Shown: in pieces, positions 28,000 through 39,660 of the stretch | Position numbering within the stretch: the stretch's first letter is position 1 | How the letters are laid out: the number at the start of each line of letters is the position of its first letter | NCBI RefSeq assembly: GCF_009914755.1 | Contig: NC_060932.1 | Strand: one strand, 5' to 3' | Length of the DNA stretch: 64,000 bases | Source: the human T2T-CHM13v2.0 reference genome, Homo sapiens | Program-made: the position numbers and the translations under genes | Notes under the pieces: model-generated | The model's database searches: none | Told to the model about the DNA's origin: nothing | Seen by the model: the letters and a program-made list of their open reading frames with translations, nothing else

Positions 28000-29700
28000 G
28001 GAAGAAGTAAAGGTCCTTCCAGATGAGGGAATTCCATAAACAAATGTATGAAAAAATAAGCGTCTGCTTACACAAATTTGATTGCAATGTCTAAGAGGAA
28101 TAAAGAATGATGATTCTAGACATGAATAATCTGTGGTAGGTTTCTTATGCTATGCTGGAAATGTAGTTTCTGTGCTATTAGCAGTAAAGTTTCAGAGCCA
28201 TTTTTTAAAACTATAAGAATCATGTAAACCAAAAAATATTTTCTAAATATCAGTCTGGTAGCAGTGTATGGCTTAGATGGGGGTGGAGGAGGCTTCAGAT
28301 GGCTGTTGAAATGGTCATGGCTCAGGACCATGCAGGCCCAGAAGGAGAACAGGAAAAGAAGAAGATAAAAGAACTATTTTAGATGTAGAATTTGTATAAT
28401 TGCAGATTATTTGGAGTGACTGAGAGGAATAAATGATAATTATTTCCAGATTTCTAGTCTAAAATATGAGTGGATTGAAGTAACATTTACAAAGAGATGG
28501 AATACACGTGAAAGAATTTCTTTAGTGAGAATTAGAGAAAAAGTGAGGTTGAGGAAAATATCCAGGTAAAAATTCCTATAGCATTTGCACATGTGGATCT
28601 GGACATTTGGGGAGAGTTGCTTACTGGAGTTACAAAGTTTTAGATAGAATTTGAAGGAGTAATGGTAGCTGTGCTGACCCAGGGTGATTGTGCAGAAGGA
28701 AACAGTGAAAAAGGTTGAGCAGAGAAAGGGGAACCTGTCATGAAGACTGAAAAGTAGACACACAAAAGTGTAGCCTGAGGATGGGAAGATAATGAAATGG
28801 CAAAACTCGAAGCAGAAATTTCAAGGAAAGGGCTCTGTGAAACTCTAGAAGGAGGATGTATCAGTCAGGATGTGTTGAATTATGTTGTGATAACAAACAA
28901 CCAGATTTACAGTGGCTTCACACAGTAATTACAGATTTGCACTTCATGTACAAAACAAGTCACTGAGAGGATAGAGATTATCATAGTTACTCAGGGACTA
29001 GGCTTATGAAGTTTCCCTCTTGACACATACATAAATGATCACTGAAGCCCAAAAAAGGGAATATAATGAATCATGAATGGCTCTTAAAACTTCCACATGT
29101 AGTGACACATGTTACTTCCACTAATATTTCATCAACCAACCAAGTCACATCCCAATGTACCCTAAGGAAGGGGACTTTAGGAAAGAAAAAAAAGAGAAGA
29201 TTTTATGGAGTTCCTCTAGGAAATAAGAGGAGTTGGGGATGAGTTACAAGCAAATACATTGTTGAATGGGACTGAATGATGCCATCAGATAAGGACCATC
29301 AATTTCCAATAGATAGAGGCAACATTTTTACATCATTTTTTTCTTAACATTTTCAGTGGCTCTTTCAGAGGAAGAAATGGACAGGAAATTCAATTGACAT
29401 AGGTTTGTAATTGATCCAGAAAAAGGTCACTCCGTGAGGAAAGTAGGTTTTCCTGTGACAGAATAGTTGGCAAGGGTGACCACAAGTTCTGGTTAGGTTG
29501 AAGAAAGAAACAAAGACAAAAAAAAAAAAAAATAGGACAGATACACTGAAAAATAGGGAAAGGCCAAGGAACTAGAGATCAGGATGAAGTTGAGATACAT
29601 GTTAAGAGGTTGTAAAGGTCAAGGAATATAAAAAGCTTTTTGTAGTTTCAGTAGTTTGAGAGGTAGGTATGCAGGTGGTCTGATAAAGGCAAATGAAGAA
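28000..29700 (-). mobile_element. L2 LINE fragments interrupted by an MLT1 LTR
   Basis: purine-rich degenerate L2 reverse motifs (gatttctagtctaaaatatgagtggattg, gtggatctggacatttggggagag). Confidence 0.5.
28857..29165 (-). mobile_element. MLT1K/L-type solo LTR
   Basis: tgtatcagtcaggatgtgttgaattatgttgtgataacaaacaacc...cagtggctt...atggctcttaaaacttcc...agtgacacatgttacttccac. Confidence 0.7.
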
Positions 29701-30189
29701 GTAGTTGAATGAAAAGGAAATTAAAAGATATGTGGCTAGTTTCCTAGTATTTCTTCACCTCATTTGAGAAGCTCCCCACTTCTTCAACCTTAGATTTAGT
29801 TTCATTTTAGGGTTGTGTGATCAAACGTACGACTAGACTTTACTGAAAATTAATGTACTTCAATCAGCAGACTTCAGGCATTGGAACAGGTATGAGATAT
29901 GAGATTGAATGATGTGAGATTGAATCCTGCTCTAACTTTTATTAGTGAATTAGCTTGGACAAGTTATTTACCTCTCACTTGCTTCATTTATAAGTGATAG
30001 TTTTTGTTCAACAAATATGTATTGAATATCTGCTTAAAAAATGTGTATTCATAGAATGCCTACTCTGCCAGGCATTCTACTTTGTCTGGAATGTAGTGAG
30101 CTTGCAAATATAATGACTTTGCCCTTCATCATTGAAGACCCAGATGAAAAACTGAATCTCTTAACATGGATCTCTTAACATATCCAGTG

Positions 30190-30680
30190 GGGCAAATAGC
30201 CCTTCTTTTTCACTTACATAATCCCTATTACTGTTAGACAGCAATGACCCCAGACACGAAAGCTGAACTATGGTTGATACTAACCAGTATTGTTAATTTG
30301 GTTTCCCTTAATCAGTAATTGATCTAGAGGTGAGTACATGGCTCAGCTCAAAACAATTAGATGTAGTATGTGTCATCTAGAGGGCTTCTAGGAAATTTTT
30401 CCCTGATTAAAACAAAAAGTCAATGAAAATTAGACATTTTTTTCTTAGTTGAGGTTTGGTTACACAAGAACATGATGTTAGAGCTGCAGCCATCCTGAGA
30501 CCATGACAGAAAACCCATGAAAAGTACCAAATGAACTCTTTGATATTATGGAATGATTACCTTAAACACATAAATTTAGATTTTACATAATGTGAAGTAA
30601 TTAAATGTTTTTGATATTTAAATAATTATGAGTTAGATATTCCGGCACACAAAGTCAAACATGTGAAATGATTCACTCAG
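30190..30680 (+). mobile_element. LTR33/late MLT1-like ERVL LTR
   Basis: agggcttctaggaaa, gaacatgatgttagagctgcagccatcctgagaccatga. Confidence 0.5.
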
Positions 30681-31699
30681 TGAGAATTAACAACTTCCTC
30701 TGCATTCTTTCAGTGTTTTACACCTTATATAGCTATTTTTAGCTCATCTTTAGGATCGTGTGCATATGTGGTTTGTATATGTGTGTCCTTTAATAGATAG
30801 ACTATAAACTTTCTTTAACAATTTATTTCTCACTTTCCCGCAACAAAAGTAGTTTCAGTAAGGAAGTTCTCCCATTTCATAAAATGACCTCTCATCTACC
30901 CAGATCTACCACCCTAAAACATAGAGTCTGTTCTCAATTACTTAATTTTTCTCCATCCACATCCAATCCTTCCGCAAGCTCTGTCAGTTATATCTCTAAA
31001 ACGCGTCTAAAATCTATCTCCACTGTGACCTAGCCCAAGCTATCATCATCTCTGGCCTCCACTATGGCAACTGATGTCTAAAGGTTGTTAGGACTCAGCT
31101 ATCCTCCCTCCAGATTATTTTCAATAAGGCACTTAGAATGATCTTTTGCAATTAATTGTGAATGAAATCATAGCCCCTTCCCCTCCAAATCTCTCATTGT
31201 ACTAAAAGTGCAAAATCCTTGCTTCTAGGACAAGGCTATAATATCATGGTCCTGGACTCATCTCATTTGCCACACTTCATATCATCTAGCCACATCAGCC
31301 TTTCTTTTGTTCTTTTTCCTGTCATAGTGAGTTTGAACTTGCTCTACCTTCTGAACCACTGTCAAAACCACTTGCTCAACTGTCTGAACCACTTTTCCCC
31401 ACAGCTCCTGAAATAGCTGCCTCCTTATTGCAGAGATCTCACCTCTGTGTCACCTTTTCAGAAAGGTGTTCTTTGATTAGCCCCTGCACAATAGGAATTC
31501 CCCTCTCACCCTCATTTCCTTCCCTTTATTTCCTTTATAGCTCTAGATACAGACTATCTGATATTGACTTGTTACCTATTGCTTTTTTTGGTTGTTTGTA
31601 TATCTGTCCTACCCAACATAGTATAAGTTCCAGGAGATCAGGGACTTTTTCTGTCTGACTGGTAATGCTGTGTCTCTACACTTAAAACAATCCCTAGTG

Positions 31700-32080
31700 A
31701 GAGATATGTTGAAGGATACAAAATTACACCTAGACAGGAGAACAAGTTCTAATGTTCTATGGCACTGTAGGATGACAGTAGTTAACAATAATATATAGTT
31801 TCAAATAGCTAGAAGGAGGATTTGCATGTTCCCAACACAAATAAATAATAAATGTTTGAGATGATGAATATGCTAATTATCCTTATATCCCATCCAAGTA
31901 TTAACCAGTCCTGACCCTGCTTAGCTTCCAAGATCAGACGAGATTGGGTGCGTTCAGGGTGGTACGGCTGTAGACTGATTACCCTTATCTGATCACAATA
32001 CATTATATATATCAAAACATCACTATGTACCCCATAAATAGGAACAACTATTACATGTCAATTAAAAAATAAAATAAGTA
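31700..32080 (+). mobile_element. L1MA-type 3' end fragment
   Basis: ggatacaaaattacacctagacaggagaacaagttctaatgttc...atagctagaaggaggattt...catcactatgtaccccataaata...aattaaaaaataaaa; degenerate TSD aaaac...tagtg. Confidence 0.88.
31888..31975 (-). pseudogene. 5S rRNA pseudogene (nt 1-88, 3'-truncated, no poly-A)
   Basis: reverse complement GTCTACAGCCGTACCACCCTGAACGCACCCAATCTCGTCTGATCTTGGAAGCTAAGCAGGGTCAGGACTGGTTAATACTTGGATGGGA; about 8 mismatches to human 5S by eye, 5 at CpGs; TSD t(a/g)atta(t/c)ccttat. Confidence 0.95.
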
Positions 32081-33576
32081 TATAAAAACGGATCTTAGTG
32101 CATAACTGATCACTAAATATTAGTTGAATGAATAAAATTTTGTTCTCTTTCTCCTGTTTATCCGCTCCAGTGTTTACCATAGAGATCTGCATGTCATGAA
32201 TACTTGAAAAATATGTTTGTTCAAGATATCTTTTATTAAACATCTTTTATACGCACAGCTTTGTGTAAAGCACTGAGGATACACTGGTGGAAAAAAAAAT
32301 TAAAATCCTATGTTTCTTCTAGCTATGTTGTAAAATATTCAGGAAAAGTCTTTGCCTACCCATGTAAGCTGAGGGACCTTGATTTCTGCTGATTTCCAAG
32401 GTGTGAATGTAGTTCAAACGCAGACAGCCTTAATTTTCAAGCTTAAAACAAATGTACTTCCTTTTTTCAATGTCAAATGAATCACTACATTTTCAACACT
32501 TGATGAGCCTTACTATCATGAAATATTCCACAATTAACAAAAATATTTAGACAACATTCATTTGTAGAATCATAATATAAAGTAGTCTCTGTTTTAAAAG
32601 GGAATACTGCCTAAGGCTAGTTCTTACCAGGAGTTCTGTGCTTCCACATTACACATGCCTTAATAGTTTGTCTGAACTCGACAACAGTTTTTAATCCTTG
32701 GCAATGCAAGTGTTTCTCTTACATTCATGAATCTCAGTGATCTCTTCTGGTTGCTGATCTCAAATATACAGCTTCTCCTTTCTTTTTATAATGCTTTTAT
32801 TATAATTCCTGTTAACCCCTTACTTCCAAGAGAGTTGATTCTTTCAGTTAACTGCTTTCTTCCTAAAAAGATGATTTTTCTTAAGAAAAACAAAGACTTG
32901 AAATGGAATAGGAAATGGTTCTTATTTACCTTCAAATAATCACAGATTAAGATGTAACTACCAATAATGGGTGAGAACTCAATGAACATACAAGAGAGGG
33001 AACCAACCTCATTTTATTATTCTTACCTCTTAGATTCAGTATTATATTCAACTAGTATATAGGAAAAAAAAGATGACTTTACTGAATCAAATATTTTTGC
33101 TGTAAGTCCATTTTGTCAAATATCTTAAAGAGTAAAGAGATATTTGGGTTATGCACAAATAAAATAAGTAAGTATAATTATTTATAATATGAAAAGAAAA
33201 AAAGACAGCATATTTACTCAGGTAGTGAGTAATAAAAGAGTGGCAGAAGTATCATGTAAAAAAAAATCATCACAACTCTCCAAGAAAGAATCAGAGTGAA
33301 AACTGGGATACTAGTTCTTCCAAAGATTTGCAAACAATGGGAGAGAAAGCTGGAAAGCTACGCAGACCTAGGAATAAGATACAGCAGTCTCAAAGGCAAG
33401 AGAAGGCTTTGTAGATCGTCATTTAAAAAGCTATGGATGACAGGATGACAGGAATCTATCTAGAGCTTGACCAGTGTCAGAGGTTAGATAAATGAGTTGG
33501 ACAAGGGCATTAAAGAAAAACAAGCATCAGTTGTTCTGAGGTGTGGTTGTTTGGCAAGAATAAATCAATTACACAT

Positions 33577-33710
33577 TTTCAAACTAAGCAATTTAATGTT
33601 AGGTACTTCATGTCCCTCTTCTCTGTGGAAGCCTGAATTCAATGACTGGCTGATTTGGGGATATAATACAATTCAATAAGCCAATTTCAAACTAAGCAAA
33701 TTAATGTCAG
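33577..33710 (+). repeat. 26-bp direct duplication enclosing a 61-bp copy of 35752-35811
   Basis: tttcaaactaagcaatttaatgttag (33577-33602) vs tttcaaactaagcaaattaatgtcag (33685-33710); insert 33606-33666 nearly identical to the LTR16 internal segment. Confidence 0.9.
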
Positions 33711-33804
33711 TAGCAGGATGGTGGATTTGGGTTTAGAGTTTTATTAGTAAACTCCTACTCATCCTTTAAGACCACATCAAATATATTGACTCTCCTTTGA
33801 AACT

Positions 33805-34285
33805 GTGTGATAGATTGGACTGTTGCTTCTGAATCTTTAATCATACACCCTTTGTAGAATTTGCATCCATGGATTTCCCATGTGTTTTTCAGTACCACCC
33901 ACTAGTGAGGGTGGGGCATATTTTTTTGCCCTATAAATGTTGACTTTGGCCATGAGGCTTGCTTTGGCCAATGGAATGTTAGTGGGAGGATGGGACATGA
34001 GCAGAGTCTTTAAACATGCTTATGTGATTTGTGTTGTCCTCTTGCGTCGTTGTAATTTGTCATAAGAGGAACACACCTCAGTCGTCACTTTCCTTCAGCC
34101 AGGTCTAAGAGTAAAGACACATGGAGCAGACCAGATCATGACAGGAAGCTTGGAGTCCAGCCGATCATAGCAAGCCCAGATCAGCTGAACCACCGCTGAC
34201 TTGCAGAACTATGAATATGAAATTTCACATTTGTTATCATAAGTCACTGAAATTTTGAAGTTCTGTATTACATGGAAAATTGGCT
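33805..34285 (+). mobile_element. MLT1 (H/I-type) solo LTR
   Basis: ttgactttggccatgaggcttgctttggccaatggaatgttagtgg, cagatcagctgaacc, taagtcactgaaattttgaagtt. Confidence 0.75.
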
Positions 34286-34697
34286 ACTTCACCTTTTTTA
34301 ACACTCCCACATGCAGAATTTTCTGTTTCCTATAATATGTTCCCATGGTACTCTGAATCGGTATCTATTATAGTACATTGCAACTAGTAGATTATCTTGT
34401 TCAAACATCCATTTCTCCTAAAGCACTGCAAGCAACTTTTCCATTAGGGCATATTTTATTGCTGTTTTTATTTCACCTGCTCTCAAAGTGAAATACTATC
34501 TAGCTCAAGGTAAACAATTGTGTTTATAATAGATCTGCTTTCTATGTGAATATGCACAGGAAAAGGTCTCGGGCATATTTGTAAAACAAATCCAGTCTGA
34601 GATATTTTGAAGAGTCCATAACCTACCCACCATATATTGTCTTATTTCAAGGTTTAAAAAAATCTCCATTTTAAAGATAGAAGAAAAAAAAATACGA

Positions 34698-35043
34698 TGT
34701 TATGAACGGAATATTTGTGTTCTCCCAGAATGCATATGTTGAAATCCTTACCCCAATGATGTGGGGATTTTAGAGATAATTAGGCCATGAGAGCAGAGCC
34801 TATCTGGAACAAATGCCCTTATAAAAGGAACCCAGAGAACTCTCTTGCTATCTCTTAGCCATGTGTGGATATAAGAAAAGTCAGTAGTTTGCAGCCTGGA
34901 AGAGGGAATTCACCAAATCCCAGCCATGCTGGCACCTTGATCTCAAAGTTTCAACTTCCAGAACTGTGAGAAATACATTTCTGTTGTTTATTAGCCATTA
35001 GTCTGTGGTACATTTTTATAGCTGCCTGAAACTGACTAAGACA
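34698..35043 (+). mobile_element. MLT1A/MST-type MaLR solo LTR
   Basis: tgttatg...catatgttgaaatcctta...ccatgctggcaccttgatctc...ttccagaactgtgagaaatacatttctgttgttta...gactaagaca. Confidence 0.85.
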
Positions 35044-35661
35044 TAATGGAAAAAAAAAGTTAAATAAACTATGTGGTATCACAAAACAATATTTGTATGA
35101 CATTCATAACGTTAGTACTGCCAGTTTAAATGCTAAGACAATCCTAACTTATTCTCATTTTTGGAGCCTATTAAAAAGCTAACTATTACTCTATTCTGGT
35201 TCTGCTCGTGCAACACACTTTTATGTTGCTGAATAAATTCTATTTAAACATTAGCTTCTGCTCATATAAACTATTTTTGAATAGATGAAAAGCAGTGATA
35301 AAACCAGTTCCTAACTCAGAGGCTGAAGTTGCCCACACAACTGAATAGCTGTGGATGTAAATACATGTCAGGATGAAAACGTGAAATTTTTGTGCACCAC
35401 TTAGAAAACAATTTTTACATTTAGTCCTGAATGTATAGTTAAAAAATCAGACTAGAATTTGATGTATAACAAAGTGAAAGTCACAAAACTCTTAAGCCCC
35501 AAATTGTCAAGTAGAGTGATTTCTAGTTTTAAACAACATAGGTCCATTAGACTATTGGATATGATTCCTGTTTTATTAGAATTGTAAGACTATGTATTAA
35601 TTATTTACATAGGACAGTTCAAACACACTGTCCAGTGAAGTGCCCTTACTGTTTGTTAAAC

Positions 35662-36049
35662 GGTAGTTGACGCTATGCCGCATTGCCCACATGTCCCATT
35701 TAGGACTCCAGTTCTTTTACTCTGGGAGTTACTTTCAACTAAAGAGGAACTCTTCATGTCCCTCTTCTCTGTGGAAGCCAAATTCAATGACTGGCTGATT
35801 TGGGGATATAAAACTGGACCCATGGCCCCAAGTTGAGACAACTCTAAAAGACCATCTCAGCCTTCGGGCTCCTTGTGGGGTCAGCTGAGACTTCCACTGA
35901 AATTAATATCAAAGCTCAACTTCACCCGCTGCCCAGTAGTGCTGTCTTCACTCCTCCGTGTTTGCTTGTCACAAGAGAATTTTGTAACAAACTTCTTCAA
36001 CACTAATCTCTATCTCAGTGTCTCTTTCCTGGGCACCTAACCTACAACA
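35662..36049 (+). mobile_element. LTR16A-like ERVL solo LTR
   Basis: caatgactggctgat, gagacaactctaaaagaccatctcagc, ctaatctctatctcagtgtctctttcctgggcacctaacctacaaca end. Confidence 0.7.
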
Positions 36050-36202
36050 CATATGATGTCCAATAAATGCAATTTAACAGCATTAATTAAATCTATCTTA
36101 ATTTTACTGGAAACTGGAAAAAAAAAGATAAAATCATGCAGTATTGCCCTCCAAGAGCTCACAGTTTTAATGAAGAAACAGACATGTTAAAACATAACTA
36201 CC

Positions 36203-36555
<353 letters not shown>

Positions 36556-36576
36556 TCATTTTTGTATTGTGATTTG

Positions 36577-36962
36577 TGAAAGTACCAGTGACTGCCCCAT
36601 ATGACAAACTAAATCCCTTAAAGTTAGTCAGTGCCCTATGACTAATTCTAGCCAATGGAGTAAAAGCAGAAACGACATATTCCAGGTCCAGGTGAAACAT
36701 CTTTGAGCTGGAGGTGAATTTTCCATCTCTCTTTTTCCCTGTTATGGCAAACAAGAAGCCTCAGTTGAGATTTCAGCATAATGAGATAGAAGCAGTCTGA
36801 TCATCAGAGTCACCAGACCAGACCCACAGTGGCCTTTGCATAAAATGAATATATATATATATATATATATCTCCCTGATATGTAATATATATATATATAT
36901 CCCTGATATGTAATATATATATATATCCCTGATATGTAATATATATATATATCCCTGATAAG

Positions 36963-36998
<36 letters not shown>

Positions 36999-37115
36999 GA
37001 TATGTAATATATATATATCCCTGGTATGTTTTATATATATATATATCCCTGATATATAATGCCATAAGATTAGAGATTTGATAATGCAGCAAAACCTAGA
37101 CCATTCTGAATAACA
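36577..37115 (+). mobile_element. MLT1J-like solo LTR containing a VNTR
   Basis: atgactaattctagccaatggagtaaaagcagaa ... gcagcaaaacctagaccattctgaataaca. Confidence 0.65.
36849..37060 (+). repeat. Compound minisatellite [(AT)n-CCCTGATATGTA]x7
   Basis: seven ccctg cores at 36873, 36901, 36927, 36953, 36995, 37019, 37047 separated by variable (AT)n. Confidence 0.95.
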
Positions 37116-37652
37116 TATTACTTTTTATTTATACCAATTTGGCAAGAAAGATGAGATTTAGAGGAAATTTCCCAGACCTATGATATTCAAACTATACACT
37201 AAGTGCTTGATGATTGGTTCTTATATAGAAAAGAAAATCAATCTTCCTTAGAAAGAGGAAATAAACAAAGACGTAACTCGGTGGATCAGGAAACGATAAG
37301 TTGTTATAGGATTTTAGAGTTTGAACTATTAATCCAGACTATGAAAACTGTGAAAATCTATGCAGTTTTTGCGTGTGGGCGCACGTTTCTGGGAATAATA
37401 TGTCTTCAAGAATGTTCAAAGCATAGTTTAGGTGAGATTCAAGGGTAGGAGATATGGGGAAAGAGAAAATTAGCTCGAAATGAGGACAAGGAGTTGGAAT
37501 TTAGGAGGACTAGGCACACGAGGACTAGGCAACTTAATTTATTAAGCTGAAAATAGCACTATGAGATGTCTTTTGCTCAGTTCATTTTCTTAATTTACTA
37601 TTTGGTTCACAGTAGGAAAAATGCCCCCTATGACTCTCAGGACAATGTCTAA

Positions 37653-37998
<346 letters not shown>

Positions 37999-38063
37999 AT
38001 CTAATTTCTTTAACTTGGACCTTTAGGCACTCTAGAATCTAGGTCTCACCAACTTCTCTAATG

Positions 38064-38260
38064 ACAGTAGTTTGGTGCCTGAGCCCTGAAGAGTGACTGT
38101 GTAAATCTGAATCCTCGCTCTACCAATAGCTAGGTGTCATACATAAAATAAGGATAATAACACTACTTACTTAAAATGTTTGCTGAGATTAAATGAATAA
38201 ATAGATGTAAACTATACTTAAAACAGTGCTCAACATAAGGTACAAACTCAATATGTTAAG
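38064..38260 (+). mobile_element. MIR SINE
   Basis: tgaatcctcgctctacca...taaaataaggataataacactacttac...gagattaaatga...aacagtgct. Confidence 0.75.
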
Positions 38261-38475
38261 TGTTTGCATGTGCTGATCCCTCAGGCTTCTCGCCTCACCC
38301 ACCCAGTCCCTGAAATAACACCCATTCATTTCTCAATTCACAGAGTAGATGGTACTATTTTTCGCAATTCACAGAGTAGTTGGTCCCTCCACAACTCAGT
38401 TAAGTAATTATGCATGCGCTTTGAGAATACCCTGGACTTTCATGTATACTGTAGTATAGTTTAATCATATCTTTA

Positions 38476-38497
38476 TGTGTGTGTGTGTGTGTGTGTG
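38476..38497 (+). repeat. (TG)11 microsatellite
   Basis: direct read. Confidence 0.9.
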
Positions 38498-38679
38498 CAC
38501 CTGTGTGTATGTATTTGCATATATGTATATATGGACTTCTGATTATACATTCTCTAAAAAATGAATGTTATAAAAGAATTTTAGTAGAAAAATGATGGTA
38601 TCTGCATATGTCTTAAGAATCACTCTGAAAGTTGTATTGGAAAGAGTTTCCATGGGGAAAAAAAAAATCTCTAAACCTG

Positions 38680-39660
38680 GCTCAACCTTTTAGAAAGAAG
38701 TTACAGAGGTCTAGGTGAGGAACTATGGAGATGTGGACTAGGTTAGTATTTATGTAATTGTGAGATATGGTTGGATTCTGGGTAAATTTTGAAAGTGAAG
38801 CCACAGAATATTCTGATTGATTGAATGTGGTACGTAAGAGAAATAAAAGAGTTGAAAGCTATTTTAATTTTTTGTCCTGTGTATCTGGAAGGATAGGGTA
38901 GTTGTCTATTGAGAAAGATAAGAACGTGGTGGAATAGCTATTTGGAAACATAAACAGACTTAAGTTTTGGGATGCTGAATTTGGGACATATATTAGACAT
39001 CCCACTGGACATGATGGGTAGGCATTCGGTTATGCCAAGACTGAACTTCCATAGAAAAGGAGTTGGGATATTTAAATTTCGGAGTTGTCACCATACAGAT
39101 GATCTTTAAAGCTGTAAGACCAGATGACAGAAATAGGGCCTGAATGTAGGAGCAGAGAGAACCGATGTCCAAGCCTTGTAGATCTCCAACATGTAAGTGT
39201 TCAGGGAGCCAGACAATGATCTAACCGTAAAGATTATAATAGAGCAGTAAGCAATGGAGAAGGAAAACTAAGAACATATGGTGATCTGAAAGACAAGTAA
39301 AATGAATCTATTGAGAAAGAGACTTCTTTTACTTCCTTTTTAAGATGGGAGAAATAGCAGGATGTTTATATGCTGATGAAATGGCCCAGTAAACAGCAAA
39401 GATTAATGATGCCAGAAAGGGAGGTGAGAATTGCTGTAGTGCTTCCCTTGAACAGGCAAGAGGGGTTAAGATCTGACACACAAGTGGAATGGCTGAATTT
39501 AGATAGGAGAATGAATAGTTCATCTCTGGTGTCAAACAGGAAGGCCACATCTGGAGGTGCAAGGCTGGTAGCTAGGAAGATGTGGTGGAGGAATTTGTGA
39601 AAGTTCTCCTCCTTATTTCTATTAGTTTCTCAGTGAAATAGGAAGTAAGGCAATCAGCTG
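38680..39660 (-). mobile_element. L2 LINE fragment
   Basis: ttggattctgggtaaattttgaaagtgaagccacagaa, tattagacatccc, ggagttgtcaccatacagatgatctttaaagc. Confidence 0.7.

Larger units (their letters stand above)
30860..32135 (+). mobile_element. L2 LINE 3' part, split by an L1MA insertion
   Basis: acatccaatcc, ctagcccaagctatcatcatctctggcc, aagttccaggagatcagggac; terminal aaatattagttgaatgaataaa resumes after 32096. Confidence 0.8.

Noticed and set aside
31888-31975. Functional 5S rRNA gene
   Set aside because: 3' ~30 nt missing, CpG decay, TSDs, inserted in an L1 fragment.
36849-37060. Repeat-spacer pattern as a CRISPR-like array, and the 116-aa IY-rich ORF over it
   Set aside because: Spacers are just (AT)n, the context is eukaryotic with no cas genes, and the ORF is a repeat artefact.
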